Positions 8,321-17,222 of a DNA stretch of 32,000 nt are shown piece by piece. The notes beneath the pieces are model-generated. The model saw nothing but the letters and a program-made list of their open reading frames with translations, was not told the DNA's origin and did not search any database. Source of the DNA: Promethearchaeota archaeon (lineage in GTDB: Archaea > Asgardarchaeota > Lokiarchaeia > Sigyniarchaeales > SOKP01); assembly GCA_030606485.1 (NCBI GenBank), contig JAUWGH010000003.1, positions 150,001 through 182,000 of the forward strand, in the 5' to 3' direction. How positions within the stretch are numbered: position 1 is the stretch's first letter; every line of letters begins with the position of its first letter. A program made the translations under genes and the position numbers.

Positions 8321-9760
8321 TTAACTATTAATTTCTTCTTGTTTTTTAGCAACAGGAGGTTTAAATCCTTCAGGAAATGGAGATTTATAAGGACTATCTT
8401 TAGTAGCTTCCTCAAATTCCAATTTTGCTCGATCAACTAATTCGAGATTGCTCATGAATTCTATAGCAGATACTGCTAATATTTTTGCTGCTGTTAACAT
8501 ACCTTTATGACCAATACTCATACCTGACGTGCATACATTTTGCCAAGAGTGCTGTGGAGATCCCATAATATGACAAGTTGTAGCAAATTCACCCAATGGC
8601 GTGACTCTTGATACATCAGAAACATCTGAAGAGGCAGGCATAATTTTTCCTTTGCCGATTCCAGGAATTATAATTGTGTTTAAGGGTTGACTAAAAATTT
8701 GCTGAGCCATTTTTTGAAAATTCGGAGGAATTAAACTTGTAAAAGCATCCATTGAACCAGGCGGTAAAGTTTTTTTGAGTTTCTCTGCAAATTCTCTATC
8801 TTTCTCATCAAATTTAGGACTACCAACCTTTTTCATTTTAGAAAGAATTACAGCTCCGATTACATCATTACGTAAAGGATTGTATGTTCCTCCTAAAAAA
8901 TCTATTTCCTTTTTAGTTTCTGTCATTAATGCCGCACCTTCAGCTATCTTAATTACACGTTTATAAAGGTTCTCAACCGAATGACGCTCAGGTGCTCTAA
9001 TAAAGTAATACACTTCTGCTTCATCTGGTACAACATTTGGGGCTTTACCACCATTTGTAATTACATAATGAATTCTAGCTTCAGGTATCATATGTTCTCG
9101 CATATAATTAACACCAATATTCATAAGTTCTACAGCATCTAATGCACTGCGTCCATTTTGTGGATCAAAAGCTGCATGAGCTGTACGACCATGGAATCTA
9201 AATTTCACATAATTTATTGCTAAGAGTGACACATCAGTCAATGCATTCATAAAAGCAGGATGCCATGTTAGAGTAATATCTACGTCTTTAAATGCTCCAG
9301 CTTTTATCATATAACCCTTACTGTTAAATTTTTCCTCCGCGGGACAGCCATAATATCTAATAGTTCCATCAGCATCTCCAGCAATAATTGCATTTTTTAC
9401 TGCTAAAACAGCTCCCAAAGAACCTGTTCCTAGTAAATTATGCCCACACCCATGTCCTGGCGCCCCTTCTTTTAATGGTTTTTTTATTGGTTCAGCTATT
9501 TGACTTAAACCTGGCAAGGCGTCATATTCGCCTAAAATGGCAATCACAGGCTTCTTATTACCATAGCTAGCATAAAATGCTGTAGGCATACCTGCTACAT
9601 TTTTTTCAACTGAAAAACCCTCTTCTTTTAATGTTTTAATTAAAAGATTTGTGGATTTAAATTCTTGAAATCCTACTTCTGCAAATTCCCAAATTCGATT
9701 ACTAATATCTATTAATCTTTGCCGATTCTCTTCAATCCAACTAGCATATTTTTTTGACAT
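8321..9760 (-). CDS. abgB: M20 family amidohydrolase, AbgB (p-aminobenzoyl-glutamate hydrolase subunit B)-like
   Basis: LGEYDALPGLSQ, GHGCGHN, GCPAEE, HG..AHAA..P..GRSALDAVELM..GVN..REH, S.DV.DVS and HSW motifs. Confidence 0.85.
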   Translation of the reverse strand: MSKKYASWIEENRQRLIDISNRIWEFAEVGFQEFKSTNLLIKTLKEEGFSVEKNVAGMPTAFYASYGNKKPVIAILGEYDALPGLSQIAEPIKKPLKEGAPGHGCGHNLLGTGSLGAVLAVKNAIIAGDADGTIRYYGCPAEEKFNSKGYMIKAGAFKDVDITLTWHPAFMNALTDVSLLAINYVKFRFHGRTAHAAFDPQNGRSALDAVELMNIGVNYMREHMIPEARIHYVITNGGKAPNVVPDEAEVYYFIRAPERHSVENLYKRVIKIAEGAALMTETKKEIDFLGGTYNPLRNDVIGAVILSKMKKVGSPKFDEKDREFAEKLKKTLPPGSMDAFTSLIPPNFQKMAQQIFSQPLNTIIIPGIGKGKIMPASSDVSDVSRVTPLGEFATTCHIMGSPQHSWQNVCTSGMSIGHKGMLTAAKILAVSAIEFMSNLELVDRAKLEFEEATKDSPYKSPFPEGFKPPVAKKQEEINS

Positions 9761-9846
9761 ATTTATTCCCTTTTTTTAATAGGTGCGTTTCCAATAATAA
9801 AAATGATTAAAAAAAAATATATGTTTTATATTATAATTAAATTTTA

Positions 9847-11151
9847 CTATTGTTTCTTAGTTTTATGCTCATATATTTTTGGATCGAGAGTCAAAAACGC
9901 TATTATACCTACATTTGAAAGAATTGCCATAAATATAAAAACAACAGAATAAATAAGATATGTATCTGAAGTAATTTCTGACATTAATTCAAATATTATT
10001 CCAGTGATAACTAATCCTAACATCGTCCCAAAATTAACAAATGAAGCACTTAGAGCAAAATAGGAACTCCGAACCTCATGATATTCTCTTGAATATCCAC
10101 TAGCAATAGCACCAAAACTCGAGTGACTCCAACCACTCGCAGATCCTACTATGATTACAAAAATTAATAATATTACTACAGAAACAGGAATTAGTAATAA
10201 AAGTAAAGAACCTGTTATAAGAACTAGCGACAAATAATAAGCAAATCTTCTTGATTTTAAATCTGCAAAGTAACCTCCGAGAATGGCACCTAATAGTATG
10301 CCTCCTCCTGCTATTGCTGATATAAAAGCTATTGGTTCATATAAATTAATTTCTGCTTCCAACATTTCAATAGTAGCACCTTCCGCCGCAACTATACCTG
10401 CACGGATCAAAATGTAAAGAGAAATAACTGAAAAAATGACTCCATCAATAATCGCAGTAAAAAAAGAAAAACTAAATAGTTTCCAGTTTTCACCTTTACC
10501 GATTATTAATTTAAGATTACTTAAGTAATTTACTTTTCTTGGTTCTTCAATATCTTTAATATAAAGAATAAATGTCGCAAAGACTATAGTTAAGATTCCT
10601 AACATAATAAATATTAAATCTAATGGCATTATATACATAAAAAGTAAAATTGCCGGACCACCAAGCACTATTCCTGCAGATCTAAATCCCCATGTTGCCC
10701 CTTGAATACGACCTAATTGATTTTTAGGAGTAATGTCGAGAATAAACCCATCTATCACAGTATCTGACATAGCCAATCCGAACATAGAAGAGATACCCAC
10801 TAAAATAATAATTGCAATAACTGCGCTAGGATTCTCATTAACTAAAATAGGTAAAAACATCACAACTAATCCACTAAAAATCAATGCTCCAAGAATCCAC
10901 GGTTTTCTTCTTCCTAGTTTTTTAATACCATACTTATCACTTAAAGCACCAAAAATTATTTTAATTATGAAGGGGATCATAATTATTGATCCTAAGAAGG
11001 CAATAATAGAAGCTTCTATCGAACCTAGTATTTCAAGTAAATAAATTGGTATAATAACCATAAACATACTTTGGGTTATTCCTTGTATTAAATAAAGCAG
11101 CGAGAAAATTAGAGTATAAATATTTTTAAATTGGTATTCTTGTTTTTCCAT
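9847..11151 (-). CDS. MFS transporter (about 12 TM; AmpG/BT1-like motifs)
   Basis: About 12 hydrophobic segments; GALSDKY...LGRRKPW and GGYFADLKSRR motif-A loops; DTVIDG. ATG at 11151 preferred; a GTG at 11160 is the alternative start. Confidence 0.88.
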   Translation of the reverse strand: MEKQEYQFKNIYTLIFSLLYLIQGITQSMFMVIIPIYLLEILGSIEASIIAFLGSIIMIPFIIKIIFGALSDKYGIKKLGRRKPWILGALIFSGLVVMFLPILVNENPSAVIAIIILVGISSMFGLAMSDTVIDGFILDITPKNQLGRIQGATWGFRSAGIVLGGPAILLFMYIMPLDLIFIMLGILTIVFATFILYIKDIEEPRKVNYLSNLKLIIGKGENWKLFSFSFFTAIIDGVIFSVISLYILIRAGIVAAEGATIEMLEAEINLYEPIAFISAIAGGGILLGAILGGYFADLKSRRFAYYLSLVLITGSLLLLLIPVSVVILLIFVIIVGSASGWSHSSFGAIASGYSREYHEVRSSYFALSASFVNFGTMLGLVITGIIFELMSEITSDTYLIYSVVFIFMAILSNVGIIAFLTLDPKIYEHKTKKQ

Positions 11152-11218
11152 AATATACACTTATTTTTTTGATAAGAAATTTTAAAAGTCATATAACGCT
11201 AAACCTTGCTATTAATAA

Positions 11219-11377
11219 ATCTTTCGAAAATTAAAAAAAGGAATACTCTACTCTCCAGTAGAATATGAAAGTCAACCGTTTGACTACCCAATTGATGAGC
11301 CAGAACGCGCATATCGTCTCCCAGCTACACGAAAACTATTAGATAAATTAGTTTCATATGAGATGTTTGAAATATAA
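11219..11377 (+). pseudogene. Start-less 52-codon frame, possible C-terminal remnant of an unknown gene
   Basis: Hand translation IFRKLKKGILYSPVEYESQPFDYPIDEPERAYRLPATRKLLDKLVSYEMFEI*. It is preceded by an in-frame TAA (11216..11218) and is visibly more GC-rich than the flanking spacers. Family not recognised. Confidence 0.35.
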
Positions 11378-11435
11378 TTAATTTATTGTAGATTTCCTTA
11401 ATTAAATTTTAAAATTTACATGAATTTAATCGTAT

Positions 11436-11672
11436 TTAGATTGTTTCTTCTTTCAATTTTACATTGAATAAATCTACAATTTTTTTTTTATCAAGGGCTA
11501 ATTCTTTTGATTTTTCTAAGTAAAGTCGATCATTTAATTTAAGGATCTTCTCTTGTAAGTGTTTTAAAACTCCATTTAATCCTGTTCCATGACTTACCTG
11601 ATACGCAATTGTACGATAAATTCCAATTGCTCCTATTGCATCTAATTTATCTGCGTCACTTAAAATTTTAAT
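11436..11672 (-). pseudogene. C-terminal remnant of an HD-domain phosphohydrolase (YedJ-like)
   Basis: Hand translation IKILSDADKLDAIGAIGIYRTIAY...KLKEETI* (78 aa). DADKLDAIGAIG is the C-terminal HD-family signature. In-frame TGA at 11673..11675 directly upstream; no start codon and no HD motif. Confidence 0.8.
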
Positions 11673-11701
11673 TCACTTAAAAAGATATATTTTCAATTAT
11701 T

Positions 11702-12079
11702 ATGTTATGTCGACATGGATTAGATAATATCGCATGCCCAATTTGTAGGATTGGAAGTATTGTTACACCTCCTATCAATCTAGAAGTAGAAGATTCTCAA
11801 TTAAAACTATTAGAACATACTAATCCGGCAATAAAAGAAATCCGAGATAAAAGAATTAAAATGTTAAACTTATTATCAGATAAAAAACCGAATTTGCGAG
11901 TTAATCCACATTTAATCCTTCCGGAACCACCTTCAATCGGCAAAATTTCATTAATTGAACCCCCAATATATAAGAGATTGAAGGAGTTAGATGCCGAAAT
12001 CCCAGAGGAATTCAATCCACAGCAAGAAGTTTCAATTAATTTACCAGATGGAAAAATTAAAAAAAATAGAAAGTTGTGA
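11702..12079 (+). CDS. Hypothetical protein with N-terminal CxH-x6-CxxC putative zinc site
   Basis: 125 aa ORF with ATG start; MLCRHGLDNIACPICR followed by a Pro-rich region. Confidence 0.6.
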   Translation: MLCRHGLDNIACPICRIGSIVTPPINLEVEDSQLKLLEHTNPAIKEIRDKRIKMLNLLSDKKPNLRVNPHLILPEPPSIGKISLIEPPIYKRLKELDAEIPEEFNPQQEVSINLPDGKIKKNRKL

Positions 12080-12171
12080 ATTAGTTTCTCATTTTTATTC
12101 AATGTTAAAATATATAACTATATTCAATCAATTTTTAGATAGTTTAATCAAAAAAAATTTGTGTAAATCTA

Positions 12172-13362
12172 ATGCAATATGCAGAAAGAATGAAACGTTT
12201 GGGTACTGATACTTCTTTTCAAGTTCTTAAAAAAATTTCTGAATTTCCAGAAGGGAGACAAAAAAATATTATTTCTTTTGCAATTGGAGAACCTGATTTT
12301 GATACACCTGAGCATATAAAACAAGCGGGAATAAACGCGATAAAAGAGAATTATACGCATTATACACTCTCATCGGGATTTCCAGATCTTAGAAAAGCCA
12401 TTGCAAATTATGTTACTAAAAACAAAAAGATTCCGGTTGGACCAGAAAATATTATAATTTTACCCGCAGCCAAAATAGTAGCTTGTTATGCAATTCTCAC
12501 CTGTACTAACCCTGGAGATGAGATAATCTATCCTAATCCCGGATATCCAATTTATGAAAGCATAATTAACGTTTTTGGGTGCAAACCAGTTCCCGTTCAA
12601 CTAAAAGAAGAAGAAGATTTTAATTTTAATACTGATGAATTAGAGAGATTGATATCTGATAAAACCAAGATGATAACAATAAATAGTCCTCAAAATCCTA
12701 CAGGTTCTATATTAACGGAGAGATCTCTTGACGTTATTTCTGAATTAGCACTCGAAAATGATATATGGATTCTTTCAGATGAAATATATTCTAACATAAT
12801 TTATGATAATTTAAATTATAAATCCATTGCTCGTATTCCTGAAATGCAAGAAAGAACAATAATTCTTGATGGTTTTTCGAAATTTTTTGCGATGACTGGA
12901 TGGAGGCTTGGTTATAGTATAACAAATCCAAAAGTAGCTGAAGAATTTGCTAAATGGTCAGCAAATATTGTATCATGCCCTGCATCATTCACTCAACGGG
13001 CAGGATTAACTGCAATTTTAGAGGATAAAACACCATCGTGGGAGATGGTTAAGGAATTTGAAAAACGTAGAAATCTAATTTGTAATAAACTTAACGCTAT
13101 AGATGGAATTTCAATTAGGAAGCCAAAAGGAGCATTTTACGTGTTTGCAAATGTAACTGAAGCGTGTAAAAAATTAAAATTAAAAGGATCTTTAGAATTT
13201 CAAGATTACTTGTTGGAAAAAGCAAATGTTGCGGTTTTAGCCAGAGAATATTTTGGAAATCGGCTACCGGAAGAAAATCAGGATTATGTAAGATTTTCTT
13301 ACTGTATTTCACAAGAGGATATCATTGAAGGTATAGAGAGAATCCAGACAATCGTAGAATAA
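12172..13362 (+). CDS. PLP-dependent class I/II (aspartate-type) aminotransferase
   Basis: IGEPDFDTP, NSPQNPTG, SDEIY, DGFSK..AMTGWRLGY (PLP lysine) and PKGAFY. Confidence 0.95.
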   Translation: MQYAERMKRLGTDTSFQVLKKISEFPEGRQKNIISFAIGEPDFDTPEHIKQAGINAIKENYTHYTLSSGFPDLRKAIANYVTKNKKIPVGPENIIILPAAKIVACYAILTCTNPGDEIIYPNPGYPIYESIINVFGCKPVPVQLKEEEDFNFNTDELERLISDKTKMITINSPQNPTGSILTERSLDVISELALENDIWILSDEIYSNIIYDNLNYKSIARIPEMQERTIILDGFSKFFAMTGWRLGYSITNPKVAEEFAKWSANIVSCPASFTQRAGLTAILEDKTPSWEMVKEFEKRRNLICNKLNAIDGISIRKPKGAFYVFANVTEACKKLKLKGSLEFQDYLLEKANVAVLAREYFGNRLPEENQDYVRFSYCISQEDIIEGIERIQTIVE

Positions 13363-13532
13363 AAAACATAACCGAAAAATTACATCCAAATAAAAAATTT
13401 AAATAAATGTGAAAAAACTTTCTAAAACTTCTGAATTATTATAAAATTTTTTTCAAATTAACCCAATAACTTTAATTTCAAATTTAAATATTTACACAAT
13501 GCAATTCTATGTATTCTCTCTATAAATTTTTT

Positions 13533-14678
13533 TCAATCAATAATATTATTTATAACAAGATTTGATATATGCTGAATTTTTTTATCTAAATTCATTTTAT
13601 GCACTATATAGCGAAGATTAAAAATACAGAAAGGACAAGAAGATATAATATTTTCACTTTTTGATTCCTTAATGATTTCTGTACCAATTTTTCGAGATAA
13701 ATCTTTATCAATTGAGCGAACCCCCGATCCCGCCCCACAACAATAGGCATTTTCTCGATTTTGGGAAAGTTCATCAATAACAATTCCACATTCGCTCAAA
13801 ATTTCTCTTGGCTCTCCGTATAGCCCAGCCTTTCTCCCCAATCGACAAGAATCATGAAACGTAAAATTGCCACCAACCTTTTTTAATTTTATTTTACCTT
13901 CTTTTATGAGATCCTGAATTATCTGAGCTATATGAAGTACTTCAAAATCCGTGTTACCAAACAACCTAGGATAATAGGTTGAAAAACAACGATAGCAACC
14001 GGCACATGGTACAATGATTCTTTTTATTCCTAATTTTTTAAATTTGTTTATGTTTTCTTCAAAGATTTTTTTAGCAATCTCAATTTTTCCTGCATTAAAA
14101 GGATAAATTCCACAACAAAACTCATCCTTTAAAATCATAAAATCTACACCGCCTTTTTTCAACAACTTATAGGAAGCACTGGCGCTCTCTTTAACCAAAA
14201 AAGAGGGAAGGCAACCAACATATAAAAGTGTATCGGAAGGATGCTCCTCAAATTTTTCTGTATCTCTAAATTCCTCTGGTATCCAATCAAGCCGCTTCTC
14301 TGGATCTCCATTCACAGAATTTCTCTTTTCAAGAATTCCATTAATTATGACATTATGCTTAGCTAAAGGTCCCAAACCCTTATTTACCAATTCAATCTTA
14401 GAATCTGCAATAATATTGGAGATCTTTATTTCCTCCGGACAAACCTCTTCACATCTACCACATTCTGTACAATAATAAATACTTTGAATTTCATTTTGGG
14501 TTATATCCTCATCATTAAGTAATTTATTGATAATTTGCAGCCTTACCAATGGAGAATATAAACGATTTTCAGTAGAATAATAAGTGCAACAAACATCTAT
14601 ACACGCTTCACATTCCGTGCAAGTTGATATATCTTCCAACATTTGTTCTTTATTTATTATATTTTCCTTTTCAGCCAT
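13533..14678 (-). CDS. Fe-S oxidoreductase subunit with two 4Fe-4S motifs and two CCG domains (HdrD/GlpC/GlcF-like)
   Basis: CTECEACIDVC and CTECGRCEEVCP; CCGIYP...CAGC and HDSC.LGR...CCGAG...CPFC. Start reassigned to ATG 14678, since the longer ORF overlaps phnN with implausible sequence. Confidence 0.9.
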   Translation of the reverse strand: MAEKENIINKEQMLEDISTCTECEACIDVCCTYYSTENRLYSPLVRLQIINKLLNDEDITQNEIQSIYYCTECGRCEEVCPEEIKISNIIADSKIELVNKGLGPLAKHNVIINGILEKRNSVNGDPEKRLDWIPEEFRDTEKFEEHPSDTLLYVGCLPSFLVKESASASYKLLKKGGVDFMILKDEFCCGIYPFNAGKIEIAKKIFEENINKFKKLGIKRIIVPCAGCYRCFSTYYPRLFGNTDFEVLHIAQIIQDLIKEGKIKLKKVGGNFTFHDSCRLGRKAGLYGEPREILSECGIVIDELSQNRENAYCCGAGSGVRSIDKDLSRKIGTEIIKESKSENIISSCPFCIFNLRYIVHKMNLDKKIQHISNLVINNIID

Positions 14679-15246
14679 TACTTTTAACCTCTTTAACAAT
14701 ATAATCCAAAAGTTTCTTTCCCGCTGCCTGTAAATCGCCTGAATTATCAACAGTAAAATCGGCTATATCTAAATATTGGTTTTTCCGGGCTCTTTCAAGC
14801 CTTTCTTGAAGCTCTTTAGAATCCTCCCTCTCACGTTCCTTAATTCTCTGAGCAGTAATCTCAAAAGGAACATACACAAAAATAATCCTTAAAAATTTAT
14901 AATTTTTTTTAGCCTCCTCCAAAATCCTCCGACTAACATTCACAAGAACTGAATGTCCTGCTTCAATATTCTCCATTATATCCTTTTGCACCCCATAAAA
15001 CTTATGATACGTTCTCCAATGAAAAACAAACTCCCCTCTATTTAACATTTCTTTAAATTCATCCTCAGTTATTGAAATGAAATCCTCTGTGTCGGGAGAT
15101 GGAGGGCGAGTAATAAATCTCTTAGGAACAATAAGCTGTGTTAATTCTTTTGGGTAATTATTCAACACCTCTCTTATTAAAGAATCCTTACCAGAACCAG
15201 AATTTCCAACTATAAAAAAGAGTTTGCCGCCGATTTCACACACCAA
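14671..15246 (-). CDS. phnN: Ribose 1,5-bisphosphate phosphokinase (PhnN, guanylate-kinase-like)
   Basis: GNSGSGKDSL P-loop, RFITRP, F.FHW..Y..FYG, VNVSR and RE....I/L..RL.R. Start is TTG 15246 or GTG 15243. Confidence 0.8.
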   Translation of the reverse strand: MVCEIGGKLFFIVGNSGSGKDSLIREVLNNYPKELTQLIVPKRFITRPPSPDTEDFISITEDEFKEMLNRGEFVFHWRTYHKFYGVQKDIMENIEAGHSVLVNVSRRILEEAKKNYKFLRIIFVYVPFEITAQRIKEREREDSKELQERLERARKNQYLDIADFTVDNSGDLQAAGKKLLDYIVKEVKSNG

Positions 15247-15367
15247 TTTAATATTAATATTAGAATAAAATAATGATTTTTAAAGAAAATATAATGAACT
15301 ATACCTTATTTATATTTCAAAACATAAGATTCATTTTTAAAAAACTTAAACTTTAAAAAATAATATG

Positions 15368-15409
15368 TTGATTTATAATAATACAATTTAATTAAATTGT
15401 TAAAATCAA
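15368..15409. promoter_or_regulatory. Palindromic candidate operator upstream of acyl-CoA ligase 2
   Basis: Perfect 18-bp palindrome ACAATTTAATTAAATTGT (15383..15400) flanked by outer arms TTGATTT (15368..15374) and AAATCAA (15403..15409), ending just upstream of the ATG at 15425. Confidence 0.3.
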
Positions 15410-15424
15410 TAAGTGATAAAATAA

Positions 15425-17143
15425 ATGAGTGAAAAACAATTTTGGCGGAAGAGTTGGGACCCAGGTATAACTGATTTAGACCCAAAAGTCTGGGAAATTT
15501 CATACACTGAAGCAATTAGGCCAGTTTTCGAACAATACCCTGATCAGCTAGCCTTAGAATTTTTAGGCATAGAAATAACATTTAAAGAATTAGATGAATA
15601 TTCAAATCAATTTGCTAATATGCTCATTGAACATGGCTTTAAAGTAGGTGATATCGTCGGAATTAATCTAGCGAATACACCGCAGTATATTATAGCATGG
15701 CTTGGAACACTGAAGGCGGGTTGTGTTGTCTCAGGAGTAAGCTTTTTATTATCATCGGAACAGATGGAGTATCAAATTAATGATTTAAGTTCAGTAGGGA
15801 ATAAAGTTGCATTAGTTACTCTCGATGCTATTTTTGAAAATCGTTTAAAACCAATTTCTTCTAACTTGCAAAATTTGGAATTAGTGATAGCTACAAATTT
15901 GGCTGATTTTTTACCAAAAATTAAACAAGTATTAGGGAAATTATTGAAAAAAGTTCCAAAAGGCAAGGTAACACCCCTTGAAGGCAAAAAAGTCATCAAT
16001 TTTATGGATATCCTAAATACTTATTCTAAAGAATTACCTGACGTCAAAATAACTCCAGATGATCTAGCGTATATTCAATACACTGGTGGAACAACGGGAC
16101 CGCCTAAAGGAGCTATGTTAACTCACAGAAGTTCTGTTGCTGATTTGTTAATTGTTCAGCACTGGCTCAGCTGGGATGATACAAGAGGAATAGGCGTTGC
16201 AATGTCTGGTTTCCCTTTATTCCACATTGCGGGGCTTTTCTTCTGCGCAAGTTGTGTCAACCTCGGTTGGACTCAACTTTTGATTCCAAATCCTCGAGAC
16301 ACGGGACATATTTGCAAAGTAATAGAAAAATATAGACCCTCAGCCTATGTAAATGTGCCATCATTATTTCAATTGTTAATGAAAGATCCGAAATTTAAAA
16401 CATTGGACCATTCAAATGTTGATGCGTGTATAAGCGCAGCATCTCCGTTTCCCGTTGAAAGTCAGAAAGAATTTGAATCAATAGTAGGGGAAGGTAAACT
16501 GATAGAAGCTTACGGGATGACAGAATGCTCGCCTTTAACAACAATGAATCCCTCGAAAGGTAAGAAGAAGTTAGGTTCAATTGGTTTACCTTACCAGAAT
16601 TTGGATCTTAAATTGGTGGATCCAGATACAGATAAGGAAGTGCCTATAGGTGAGCCAGGAGAGATTCTTGTAAAAGGACCTATGGTGATGAAAGGATATT
16701 TAAACAAACCAGAGGAAACTAAAAAAGCCATCGACGCTGACGGTTATATGCATACCGGAGATGTTGCAATCTTTGATGAGGAGGGATATCTTAGGATTGT
16801 AGACAGAACAAAGGATATGATAATTGTAAGTGGGTTCAAAGTCTTTAGTACCAAGTTGGAAGATACATTAATGGAACATCCAGCGATTGGAATGGTCGCT
16901 ACTATTGGCATTCCGAATCCTGAAAGACCAGGTTCCGAACTAGTTAAAGCCTATATACAACTTGACCCAGATTATGCATATGATGGGAATGAAGAGAAAT
17001 TAAAAGAAGATATTACCAAATTTGCGAAGGAAAAATGTGCCCCTTATGAAGTTCCAAAAATTATAGAAATAGCCGAGGAATTACCACTTACAGTTGTTGG
17101 TAAGGTCGATAAAAAGCGATTGCGAAAAGAAGCAAAAGAATAG
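15425..17143 (+). CDS. AMP-forming long-chain acyl-CoA ligase (paralog 2)
   Basis: YTGGTTGPPKG, YGMTE, HTGD, RIVDRTKD and LP.TVVGK. Confidence 0.93.
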   Translation: MSEKQFWRKSWDPGITDLDPKVWEISYTEAIRPVFEQYPDQLALEFLGIEITFKELDEYSNQFANMLIEHGFKVGDIVGINLANTPQYIIAWLGTLKAGCVVSGVSFLLSSEQMEYQINDLSSVGNKVALVTLDAIFENRLKPISSNLQNLELVIATNLADFLPKIKQVLGKLLKKVPKGKVTPLEGKKVINFMDILNTYSKELPDVKITPDDLAYIQYTGGTTGPPKGAMLTHRSSVADLLIVQHWLSWDDTRGIGVAMSGFPLFHIAGLFFCASCVNLGWTQLLIPNPRDTGHICKVIEKYRPSAYVNVPSLFQLLMKDPKFKTLDHSNVDACISAASPFPVESQKEFESIVGEGKLIEAYGMTECSPLTTMNPSKGKKKLGSIGLPYQNLDLKLVDPDTDKEVPIGEPGEILVKGPMVMKGYLNKPEETKKAIDADGYMHTGDVAIFDEEGYLRIVDRTKDMIIVSGFKVFSTKLEDTLMEHPAIGMVATIGIPNPERPGSELVKAYIQLDPDYAYDGNEEKLKEDITKFAKEKCAPYEVPKIIEIAEELPLTVVGKVDKKRLRKEAKE

Positions 17144-17172
17144 AAAATATAAAATTTAATTATTTTACAAAA

Positions 17173-17192
17173 ATTCTTTTTTTTTTATTATT
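17173..17192 (+). terminator. Oligo-T terminator candidate
   Basis: ATTC-T10-ATT about 30 nt after the ligase 2 stop. Confidence 0.45.
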
Positions 17193-17222
17193 ACCGAATT
17201 TTAATCAAAAATAGGTTTCACT

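Noticed and set aside
13332-13524. 12-bp inverted repeat TATAGAGAGAAT (13332..13343) / ATTCTCTCTATA (13513..13524)
   Set aside because: One arm lies within the aminotransferase CDS, there is no target duplication or transposase, and a 12-mer match at this spacing is plausible by chance.
14679-14750. N-terminal 24 aa of ORF 13533..14750
   Set aside because: Out-of-frame overlap with the phnN 3' end; ATG 14678 gives a typical 8-nt overlap.
14671-15246. Phosphonate (C-P lyase) utilisation locus
   Set aside because: No other phn gene is present in the window.
15249-15262. A/T-only palindromes (TAATATTAATATTA here; ATTAATATTAAT upstream of 22925)
   Set aside because: Pure A/T, low information content; expected in these spacers.
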